The notes beneath the pieces were generated by a model. That model was not told the origin of the DNA and did not search any database. It was given only the letters and a program-made list of their open reading frames with translations. A program made the position numbers and the translations under genes. Of a stretch of DNA of 64,000 nt, positions 26,103 to 39,795 are shown one piece after another (positions within the stretch are counted from its first letter, which is position 1; every line of letters starts with the position of its first letter). The stretch spans positions 8,184,001 through 8,248,000 of the forward strand of contig CP075494.1 of NCBI GenBank assembly GCA_021613535.1, given 5' to 3'. Source of the DNA: Adineta vaga (Eukaryota; Animalia; Rotifera).

Positions 26103-28629
26103 ATTTAGCAATGGATAGTATGTCGCATAAAATTGTTATTTTCACCTGAAAAAGATTTTTCAATAAGTGGTTTATGACAAAAGAAACGGCGAAAGGCATA
26201 GCGATAGAGAAAAAAAAACGCAAAAGAAAAAACGAATGACGGTTGTGTCAACAAATTTAGTTTTTCATCATCAAGTATGTTTATCGATCATTTGTATATC
26301 GACTGTGTATAGGAGATGTCAAGTATTACTGATATTGTCTCGAAAGAAAAAGACGAAATCAATGAAACTGAAGAATGACTCAACTCAAAATTTGTACAAT
26401 TGATTCTGATGACAGTATTATAATTAGTATCTATAGTTTGATTGCTTAATAGATAATATTGATTCACATATGTTCGTCTATCTCTATTTTCTCTCTCAGT
26501 CTCTTGATAACCATTATATCCGCCACTTACCTTTCTCTAATCGATCAATATTGATGTTATTATTATTATTTCTATTCGCTCTACATGTGAAGGTAATGCA
26601 AAATGAAGAAACAGAGAAAAAAAAAGTTTTTTATACGATTATTGACTTTTCTGATTTTTGAAACACCTTTGAGAAATGAAATATCAGTTATCTATTTAAC
26701 ACATTTAATATCAATCTTATTTGACTGAAAACTAAAAAGATAAAATCCATTTGTACGATATTTTTATTATATGAATGAGATTGTTAATCTCTCTCTCTCT
26801 GTCTTTTACTTTTTGAAGTCCGATTCAATTGATTTAGATACTAAAGGATGAGAATAAGATCAACGAAAGTCTATGAAATAAAAGAAAAGTATGTCGATGA
26901 AATAATCTTTTACTAATCTTCAATGTCAGAGACTAATAACAAAACTTTATCAGTACAAAAAAAAAGTTTTTTAATAGTCTATTCACATAAAAAAAAAGGA
27001 CAAATGATCAGTATAAGCTTGTTTATCTTCGATCAATTATGAAAATTGCTTCAAGAGAAATAGTTCGTAGGCATTATTTGAACGTAAATAAACAATGTCG
27101 AAAGTTTTATTATTATTCTCGGTTCTTAAATTTCACATCCTTTTTTTCACGTTCCTGTTATTGAATGATGAAAAGCTTGTCTATGATTATTAATCATTAA
27201 TTTTAAAGTTTAAATCTGATAGATTATGTAAACATGATTGTTTAGGAAATTGGATATCAGTTTATAAATGTCACTTGATACACATTGACAGCCAGTCTTA
27301 TTGAACATCTTTTCTCTTTCTATATTCATGTTTTGATATGAAGTCTGGAATTCAGATAACATCTGTCAAAATATAAAAATGTTATAATTTGAAAAAACCA
27401 ATCTTTTCTAAATTACTTGTATCTTTATTGAAGTATTTTTAGTTTTCTGCATTCTATGCTTTTTTTCGTGTATTGAAATACCTTTTACTCGAAGCACAAG
27501 GTCAACTTTTCATTTGTTAATTACATAAATGTTACTTTCACTGAAACACACATTGCAGGTAGCACATGTTCGAATAATTAATGATTCTTTCATCTATTTC
27601 ATATAAAACAGGTTTTCTCTTACATATCTCATCGTCGCCATTCTCGTCGATGGCGTCATCGACGTCTTTTCTTCTTTTCTCTTTTTTAACTTAATTGTGA
27701 AACTTCTTACTTTATATAATAGATTTTTAAATGCGAGTAACACAACGTAGAGAAGAATAGCATCATCCCTAACAGCCGTAACCAATAGTAAATGATCTAT
27801 TTAGAGATTATAACGAGACATTTCTTCGGAAATGTTTCGAATAATATTTATGTAGGAACATCAATCTCATTAAGTATTTGCGTTAGAAACTACTTTATTT
27901 AAACATGTTGTTCTTTTTTTTATTATTGATTTAAAATAACATTCTACCTATTAACATTTGTCGTATAAATGAATAAAATGAACAAGAACAAACTCTAACC
28001 ATTTGAAAGCTCGCATTTTCTTTAGCAAAAAACCATCTATCATATTAAAATATTTGACTATATTCTATATAAAAAAAGCACTCTTTTTCTTTTCTTCAAT
28101 CCATTTTTGCATGTTAGTTAAAGTTATATATTGTATTTATATGAAGACATTATCGTCAATACCTCGTTTTTTTTCTTCTATCTTTTAGTAGTAAACTCCA
28201 GTCGATTCCTTTCGTTAAGGAAAAAAATCACATTTTTGTAAGTATGAAATCACTTTTTTCTCGAAGAAATATACCAAATTACACCCTTTTGTGAGTGAAT
28301 GCATCATCGAGTACTTCAAAGTACGAATAGTATACACTTTCAAATATCAATTTTTTCTCGTTTAAAAACTTTTTTTTTCTTCATTTCCTTTTCTTTTTTC
28401 TATTCCAATATATTTATCTAGAATCTTCTTCAAAGATATTTTCCTAGATAAAGCGTCCTCTATAAAATTGCGTAGGTTTATTTCTACTGGTTCTTAGATA
28501 AAAGCGAATGAAGGAAAATATTTTTGTTGACCTTGAAGAAAAAAGCTGACGGATGAATAAACAATCTGAGAAACTCTATACAACAAGTTATTTTTTATTT
28601 TTTTTTCAGATCCATCGTCTTCCTCGATC

Positions 28630-30433
28630 ATGTCCGAATCAAGTTGTAAATTTCAAATAGTTTAATTGAAAATAATCAAAATATTTATTTGTTGTTTTCA
28701 TCAGGTTTTAGTTATGGTGACAATGGAGCTTTTTCGCCACCAATGGACGTTACAAATCAGATGCAAAATAGCATACAGCATATAAGTGGCAATTCCAATT
28801 ATTCTAGTGGATCTGGTGGAGATTCACCAACTTCATTAAGTCCGGGTAAGTCCATTGAATGATCAAACGATTTCAAATATGAATTTATACGTTTCTTTCC
28901 TACTAGTACCAATGTCATCCGGTGGTTCATTCAGTGGAATTGGTGGCAATTCCAATTCATCAACAGGCTCAACGCCAACAGCATCAACGAGTGGAGCAGC
29001 TGCTGCATCTCGTTATGCTTGTGTAATTTGTGGAGACAAAGCATCGGGAAAACACTATGGAGTTCATAGGTACATAGATTAGCAAGGTTGATGAATGAAA
29101 AATTTTGGTTTCTCGTTTAGTTGCGAAGGTTGTAAAGGATTTTTCAAACGTACTGTACGCAAAGATTTAACTTATACGTGTCGAGATAATCGAGATTGTA
29201 TTATTGATAAACGACAACGTAACCGATGTCAGTATTGTCGATATCAAAAATGTCTTGCTGTTGGTATGAAACGAGAAGGTAAATTCGAAGCATTTGTTTT
29301 GTTTATTCAATGAAAAACAATTTATATTCGTTTGTATTGTAGCCGTTCAAGATGAACGACAAAAATCAGGCATTGGCGGTGAAGGTGAATCGCCCTCATC
29401 ACCAACTGCTAGTACTGGTAGTGATCATATTAATATTGGCATTGGTTCATCAAGTTCCGGTAGTGATGATGAAATGTTAATTGAAAAATTGATGGCTGCA
29501 GAATTATTTGTTGAACCAAAACTCAACTCATTTCATGAAGAAGATTGTTCTTATGATCGACTTTTATCGACAACTAATGCTCAAATTAGTCAATTAACTG
29601 AATGGGCTAAACGTGTACCTCATTTTGCTACTCTCTCAATTGATGATCAAGTTGCACTTGTTCGAGCGTCATGGAGAGATATTTTATGTTGTTCATTGGC
29701 TTATCGATCAATTATGGCACCAGATTGTGGTTTAATTTTATCTGTTAGTATTACTTTTGATAAACAAAATATCTTAGATTACATTACGATAGAGTAAAAA
29801 CATATCATCATGTTTTAATTCTATGCCGTCAGGCGCATCCATAGAATCTCATTGAGTACTTTCTCTTTAGAAGAAATATTTTCTTTTGTGTCAATCCCAT
29901 TTAGTAGTCTTCAGTATTCTTTATTCTAATTCTAATTATAATCCATCAAAAGGTTCACTATTGTTCTATGGAATCTTTTTTTCTTCATTTAGGATGGTTC
30001 ATATGTTCGTCCACATACAGCTGTTGATCAATCTCTTCAATTTTTCATCACTCGTCTTTATCATGATGTCGTCACAATTTTACGTGAATTAAATGTTGAC
30101 AAAGTTGAAATTACATGTCTTAAGGCTATATTTCTTTTCGATCCTGGTAAATGAACATAATTTGTCACTTTCATTGACAGTTGAATTTTTTATTTAGATG
30201 CGAAAGATGTTGTTGATACATCTCGTATATCTGAATTACGTGAGAAAGTTTGTATGTCATTGGCATCGTACTGCAAAAAGGTTCACAGTGATGATGTTGC
30301 TCGATTTGCTAAATTACTTCTTCGTATGCCGCCAATTCGTGGTTGGTGTATCAAAGGTATCGAAAATTTATTTTTCAATGGTACAGGACGATCACCTGAT
30401 ACGGATATTACAAATATGATTCGAAATCGTTAA
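28630..30433 (+). CDS. RXR: Retinoid X receptor / ultraspiracle (NR2B) nuclear receptor (multi-exon)
   Basis: [73 protein letters not shown]; [42 protein letters not shown]. Confidence 0.93.
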
Positions 30434-30734
30434 CTTTAAAAAAGTTTCAACCAAAATAAAACATATAAAAGATTTTTTATTTTCTATAATCTAGTTGTGA
30501 AAAATCTTTCACTAAGGAGAGTCTAGAAAAAAAACATAAGAGGATTTGGCCATTCACTTTCTTTTCTTTCTCTTTTTTTTATATTTTAATATCGTTTTGT
30601 CAGCTGTGTGTATGTTGCTTTGTAATCCTTTTGTCTTGTTGTGATACTTGTCTTTTCAGAAACAAAAAAAGATCTTCGAAAAGAAATACGTATCTTTATA
30701 CATTTGAAGTTCATTATTAACCGGTTTTTTTTTC

Positions 30735-31244
30735 TTCTTCTTCATTGTTGTATATCGTGTGTTACTTATTCTATTTGTTTTTCTTGGAAAATATATGTTT
30801 ATCCGTGTACGTGTGTGTGTGTATGTAGACGTGAAAGAAAAATATATATTTATCAACTCATGAAAAACAACATAGCACAAGTTTTCGAAACTGCAATTAA
30901 AAAAAACCTTGATATCTGTAATTAAAAATGAACATGTACTGGAAATTAATAAATGAGAAATATTAATTCTATAATTTTCTTCTTCATTGTTGTATATCGT
31001 GTGTTACTTATTCTATTTGTTTTTCTTGGAAAATATATGTTTATCCGTGTACGTGTGTGTGTGTGTATGTAGACGTGAAAGAAAATATATATTTATCAAC
31101 TCATGAAAAACAACATAGCACAAGTTTTCGAAACTGCAATTAATTAGTTAGAAAGGATATATGTGATTAAAAAAAAACCTTGATATCTGTAATTAAAAAT
31201 GAACATGTATTGGAAATTAATAAGTGAGAAATATTAATTCTATA
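30735..31244. repeat. Tandem direct duplication of ~240 bp (copy 1 30735-30973, copy 2 30977-31244)
   Basis: Near-identical copies from ttcttcttcattgttg to aatattaattctata; copy 2 has one extra GT unit, a ~27-bp insertion near 31144-31170 and two substitutions. Confidence 0.95.
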
Positions 31245-31562
31245 CTAGCAGAATATACTTATACCTACTCAAGTGAAAGAAATCATCTCATCTAACTAGA
31301 TCCTTTTTTCTTTCTTATTAATTCACTGGAAAATGCACATAAACCAATGAATTTATAGACTGGTTTTTTATGTATTCAATATCATAAATCGAATAATTAT
31401 CAATAAAAATAATTATGTTTAAAGATTCGAGGAAATAATATTTTTAACACGACATCTATAAGTATTCATATAATTTGATTGTTTACTATCGAATCATTAT
31501 TGGTTTATATATTCTTTACCAACAAATACAAAGAAGAAAATACAGACAGACAGAATCAAACG

Positions 31563-34500
31563 ATGGATAAACAATCATCCGAGTAAGAACAGTTTTCTTT
31601 CGAAATTTCTTTCTCTAGTTCTATCAAATTCTAGAATCGATTGGTCTCAATTATCTCAACCATTACCATCGAATTTATTTGAGAAATATATTCATCAATC
31701 TATTCTTCCTCCGTTAAGTAGTTTAAATATCAATGAATTAACATGGAATGAATGTCGAACATTTGCATTGAAACTTGCTCAGAATGGTTTTAGTGATCCA
31801 TTATCAATCTTATATACTTCATTTAAACGTTTTTATCCTTCTTGTTCATCGATACGTTCATTTTCTCGTTGGCTAAGATTATATGAAAAAGATTCTGATG
31901 ATTTTAAGAATTATTTTAAAGAATATTCCATTCATTCATCAAATATTCAAACTATTGATGAATTAATTGGTTCGATAAAAAATCTTCGAGTCAAAAATGA
32001 TAATTGTCAATCGTATGATCAATTCAATCAAATATGGATTTTATTTTCAATATCAATTCGTATATCAATTCAAGATAATGCTATTGTAGTACATACATTA
32101 ACATTAGATGATACTGCTACTCGTTCATCACATAAACAGAAAAAAATGACACTATCACGTATGCATTGTATATTTGCATTGACACCAAGTGGAAAATTTT
32201 CGAATCAATTAATTGTATGTAAACAAGGACGAGGTTTAAAAATGAATTTTACATCATCTGCATTTACACGAATTATCAAAACAGCAACAGGAGATATTAG
32301 TCATGAATATATGCAACAATGGTTCGAAGATTTTGTTTCATTATCCTATGCAAAGGATAGCAGGTATACATATACACTTGAAAATTTATAAGCAAGAAAT
32401 AGATTACGGTACGGAATGAAGTAGAGAGAAAGAGTGGAAGATTCGAACGTGCTTTGATATCAGTTGGCAGAGATTAAACCATTTAGCCTATGGTATAGAA
32501 AGCGAATCAATAGTTTTTTTTAATTCTCAGTTCTACTTGAATTTCATTTCTGGATATGATGTTTCAGTGTCAACTAGGTCGCATGTTGAATAAATTAATC
32601 GATAAACAACTTGGATTTGTAAGTCTTATAGAATACGTCTTTTCTATTGTTTTAGCGCCATTCTTTTCGATCCGCGAACAACTCTACTTACGCCTGACAT
32701 CGATAATTTTTGTCAAAAATCCAATATTGAATTGATAACGACTGATTTGAATTATTACTTGGTTCATATACTTTCACCAGTTATTTCTTTATTCGATCAA
32801 CGATGTTCCGATACAAATCGTTTAGAAAAAATGTATTCAAAATCAGCTAGTGATTTAACACGAATTATTTACATAATCTGGTGTTCTTTACGAACATTAA
32901 AGCAAAATGAACAAATCCATCAGATCTTCAAAGATACTGCTTTATGGAGAAACGACGATGAATCATATTTGCAAGCATTAAGAGCAGCATCACCATTACC
33001 AGTATTGAAGAAAAAAAAGAAAAAATCACTTGTGAAAACAGGTATGTAACAACGATTTGTCCTCATGAGATATGAATAACCTTGTTATTTGTTCTTATTC
33101 ATCGATAAATGACAACCTTTTGAGTGAAAACATATTTTTTCGAACTTGTCGTACAATTATGAATGACAAAAGCAAAGCACATTTATAAATAGTAATCTAG
33201 CAAGATTTTCTCGCATCTTAGTTGAATCTATACTTAAAATTCGTAGAAAAACATAAAGATAATGAATTTCTATTTTAGAAAATAAAAGAAAATTATCATC
33301 ATCAATGATAATGATTGATCCACCGAATGAATCAACGCCCGAACAAATTTTATCCTATGTTATTCAACGACAATTATCGATTTCACGTGCAAGTAAATTT
33401 TTAGGTGGAATCAAATTAGATTATTTAAAATATTGTCTTTCATATAAATCGAATTCTTCCATAATGACTGGTTCACGTCTTGTTCAATTGAATACATTTA
33501 TGCAATCTCAATCCACGGTCGATTGGTTACGTCATTTACGTTCGTTATATTTTTGGCCATGTGCAAAACAATTATTCTTACGAGAAATTTATCAATTAAC
33601 TGGTGTTATTGCACGAAAACGTTCGATGAATATGTGCGGAAATGGAAGTATGGGTTCGATTCGAAGTTGTGATCTACAATCACCAGGCATTTTTTGGCGA
33701 GCATTTGAGAATATTCATCAAATACAATTTGATAATGAATCAATTATTGATGATGATCAATGGCATGATGATTTTCAACAATATCTTCGTGATAAAAAAC
33801 TCAATGAAGACAATGTAAGTTATCAATTCATTGTAAAGTTTACTTTCTTGTTTCGAACAAAGATATTTGCTAATTTTAGAGTCAATTATGGACAATGGAT
33901 ACATTTGAATTTCCTCTAACAAAAAAATCAACTGTACTTCAATTACCTGAATGGAATGAATTAAGACCAATGAATTTAACTCCAAAAGTAACTGTACTCT
34001 ATGCATTTTCTAATACAGGTCAAACAACTGAACCATTTTTTATATTTCCGACTTCACTGCGCGATACTACAATCAGTGATGAAAATGATTCTTATAATGA
34101 ATTAGGTCATTTGACATCTCAGATATTTCTTACTTGGATTGAAAATCATTTTAATCAAAAACTTCAAGTTCTTTCTTCTCCATCTTCTTCAACTATTCTT
34201 ATTTTCTGTTCACGTTTACCTATTTTATCACCATTAGTCATATCTTCACTTGAAAAACATCGAATTTATCCTTATGGTTATCCATATACTCGAACGTTAC
34301 CATTTCGATATTTATTTGAACGACGTGTTCGAAATAATCGTTCAACTAATTTAATTAGTGAATTATGGAAAAAGAAATTATTAGAACAACAACGTACACA
34401 TGTCTTAAAAGGTTCAAATTGTTCAGTTCAAAATATCAAATATTACTTTGAACAAGTTTGGTTACAAATCATTCATGAAAAACGTGATGATGATGATGAA

Positions 34501-35266
34501 AATGACACATTTGAATCGAAATGTCAACAAGCATTCGAACAAGCCAAGATTCAAATAAAAATTCTTCGAAAACGAAATACAATTAAAATCATATCGAAAA
34601 AAACGTCAAAACGAACAATCAATTCGTCCTCAAATATCAATCAGGATCGAATGGTTAACGAACTCAATAAACTAATCACAGATACCAATCGTACTAAGAA
34701 ACGTTATACATCGAATACTTTAGCACAAATTTTAAAAATGAATAATTATATTCAACAAAACACAGATTGTAAATAGTTCGAAATTATTCGTAGAAAAATT
34801 TCTTCTAAACCTATTTTCTTATTCTTTAGCTCAATTACCATCGACTTCCAATGGAACGAATGATAATATGGAAAATGTTCATCCTCCGTCGACATCGAGT
34901 GAATCTGATTCATCATTTAATTCGATTTCATCTTCATCAAGTGATAAACGTACACTTGATGAAAATGATCAATCGAATCTACCAAAACGTATGCGTACAT
35001 CATCAAGTAATACAACAGCAAGTCACAAATGGATTCCATCGAAACAATCGATTACAAATATTGAATCTCAATCTACATCATTATTTCAATTTATTCTTTC
35101 ACTTATTTGTAAAATTTTACCTTCAGTCAATTATCAATTTACGGATGAACATTCACTTTGGATTCATTCAACATTGAATTTATATGGTTATAATGGTGAT
35201 TACGAAAAAATCAATTTTCTTATCGATATCGCATGTAAAATCGCAAAAATCAATTCTGTCAGATAA
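31563..35266 (+). CDS. Domesticated pogo/Tigger-like transposase-derived gene with two tandem HTH + DDE_1-like modules (6 exons)
   Basis: Module 1: RMHCIFALTPSG..LIVCK..TATGDISHEYMQQWFEDF..AILFDP..NIELI..HILSPV. Module 2: psq-like YVIQRQLSISRASKFLG, QLWTMDT, KVTVLYAFSNTG..EPFFIFP..NELGHLTSQIFLTWIENHF..ILIFCS. GT-AG introns; no TIRs seen. Confidence 0.72.
32425..32493 (-). mobile_element. tRNA-derived SINE-like remnant in an intron
   Basis: Minus strand reads TAGGCTAAATGGTTTAA (A-box-like) ... CGTTCGAATCTTCC (B-box-like); no full cloverleaf. Confidence 0.4.
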
Positions 35267-35441
35267 ATCATTGTGTAATCTACTCTGTAATTTCTTTGCT
35301 TTATTGTTTGTTTTTTTTCTTCTTGGTCAGATATATTTTCGACCAAAATTATATTATAAAATAATAATCGTGTTCGTACATATAAAAAACAAATTGTTTC
35401 TTATTGTAGATAGTAGTTTTCTTCTATTCAATCAATCAATC

Positions 35442-37226
<1,785 letters not shown>

Positions 37227-37673
37227 ACAACGAACATTGATTTCAAAATTTTATTTTTAGTTAGAGTAAAAGGAAACATTCGACCTTTAGTATATTACAT
37301 TTATTTATTGGATTTTATCATTTTAATCTCTCGTAGTAATAGAAAACAGAAACGAAAGAATTCAGTTAATGACGACTATCTTGCATAATTACAAAGATAT
37401 AAAATTGCGTAAAGAAGTACATGCACACACCTAATTTTTCTTCAAGTTATTCAGTATTAGATGTCTTTCATAGTATTTTTTGCCTCTAGATTGTCTTTTC
37501 ACTCTCATCATTACTAGTCTAAGCAGATTTTTCTTCTCTTAAAATTACAAAATAAAAAAACATTAGTACATAGAAAATAGAGTTTTTTATTTTGAAAAGA
37601 AATTTATGACTTATTAATGAATATCATTATATTTTAGATAAAATAACATTCTAACTATTCTCTAATTCTTGCA

Positions 37674-39000
37674 ATGGTAAGCAATGATACATAAAGAATA
37701 ATTGATTTTAAATAACTACTTTTACTTTTCTTTGCATTCTTAGAAACCCATTCTTTTACAAGCACATGAACGTTCATTAACAAAAGTTCGTTATAATCGT
37801 GAAGGTGATCTTTTATTTTCATCTGGTAAAGATAAAGTTCCATCGGTATGGTATTCTATCAATGGTGAACGATTGGGATCGTATATTGGACATAATGGAA
37901 CAGTATGGACCATAGATGTGAACTGGGATACAACGGCATTCGTATCGGCATCAGCTGATAGTACCGTTCGACTTTGGGATGTTCAAACAGGACGGGAACG
38001 AAATACTTACCAAGTCGATGCACCATGTCGTTGTTGTGCATTTAGTTATGATGGAAATAGAGTTTTGTATACGAATGATGATGTTATGGGTAAATCTGGT
38101 GAAATTTATTTGGCAGATATTAGAGCAAGACGTATGTATTTACTCATATAATTAATTATTTTAATGATGTTTTTTCTTTTTTAATTTTGCTTTACAGCAA
38201 ATGAAGGTCCAGCAGTTCGTATCAATGCCTCTCAAAAAGGTATTCGAAAAATAACAAGTGCTTTATGGGGTACATTAGACGAATTTATTGTTACCGGTCA
38301 CGATAATGGTGAACTTGTTCAATGGGATATTAAAGTAAATATCTATTCATAGGGATTCAAGCTAAATCAATTCGTTTTTTAGGCTATGGATGTAGTCCGA
38401 AAAGAAAAACCACATAATGGACAAATTATGGATTTACAAGCAAATAAAGATTTGACATTCTTAATTTCATCATCAAAAGATAATACAGCTAAAGTAAAAT
38501 TTAGTTAATTATATTAGCAAACATTTGACGAAAGAAAATCAACCATTCTATTTTAGTTATTTGATATTGAAACATTAGATCTTTTGAAAACATATACAAC
38601 TGAACGTCCGGTGAACTCTGCTGCTATTTCACCACTTAAGGATCATGTTATCCTTGGCGGTGGTCAAGAAGCTATTGAAGTAATAGATTATTTTCTAATA
38701 ATTTGATCAATGAAATTCTTCTCTAGGTCACACAAACTGCTGCTCAAACTGGTAAATTCGAAGCTCGATTTTTCCATTTAATATTCGAAGAAGAATTTGC
38801 TCGAGTAAAAGGTCATTTTGGACCTATAAATACAATTGCTATTCATCCCGATGGAAAAAGGTTCGTTCAATTAATAAATTCTTTTATTGATAATTATAAT
38901 GAATCATTTAAATTTTAGTTATGCCAGTGGAGGTGAAGATGGTCTTGTACGAATACATTACTTCGACAATGATTATCTTGATTATGATATTGCTTATTAA
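37674..39000 (+). CDS. EIF3I: Eukaryotic translation initiation factor 3 subunit I (WD40); first coding exon is the ATG alone
   Basis: M|[99 protein letters not shown]. Confidence 0.97.
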
Positions 39001-39795
39001 ATCTAACTATTTTGTTTGTTGTTGTTACGAAACAGTATAAGCAGAAAAAGAAAGAATAAAAAAATCAAAAGATGATCATCGTTAAATGTCTTTTTTTAAT
39101 CGAACGCATGAAAACGCTCAACACTAACATCTATAAAGTTCTACCCATTCGATAATTCTATCTGACTGATGTAACAGTTTAATATCTTTGGCTATAATAA
39201 GTGAACGATAGATGGTACGAAAAACTATGAAATATAAAGTTTATGGAGAATCAACATAATGTTCTCATTGATCTTTGAATATATGCTACTATAGGCTGAA
39301 AATATTTACCGATTTTGTGCAAAGCCTTTGGGAACATTCAGAGAGGAATCATGTAAAACAGAAAAAAATCTCAGCTCTGATGAGAATTTAGTTTGAACTT
39401 TGTTATTCTCAGCAATCCGAAGATTGAACATTGAAAATTTATATAATCAAATTCTTTATGAATTGGATTTTTGACTATCTACATACTTTCGAATCGTATA
39501 TTTGCTGAAATATAAATCTTTCGTAATATAATTTTTTTTTGAATAACTGATTTGTTGAGGTCGACACTACAAGCGAATAGAAAAAAAAATCTAATTTCCT
39601 TGTTTTTTTTTTCAGATTTTTTTTTCTTTGTTCACTCATATATGATAATTGCCATTAACTAAATCCTTTTTCTGATGTCTTTGCATACACAAATTTTAAA
39701 ATCTAGTATTGAAACAAAGGTAGGATTATTCTTTTAAATATATTTATATATATGTTCTAATACTTTCTTACTATTAGAATAGAAAATCAATACCA

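Noticed and set aside
30641-30925. ORFs within the tandem repeat after RXR
   Set aside because: 3' UTR-like sequence with microsatellite; the frame is not preserved in the second copy.
35184-35441. N-terminal hydrophobic extension of GPI in the ORF track
   Set aside because: Overlaps the end and T-rich 3' region of the upstream gene; GPI similarity begins at MSGLKQ (35442).
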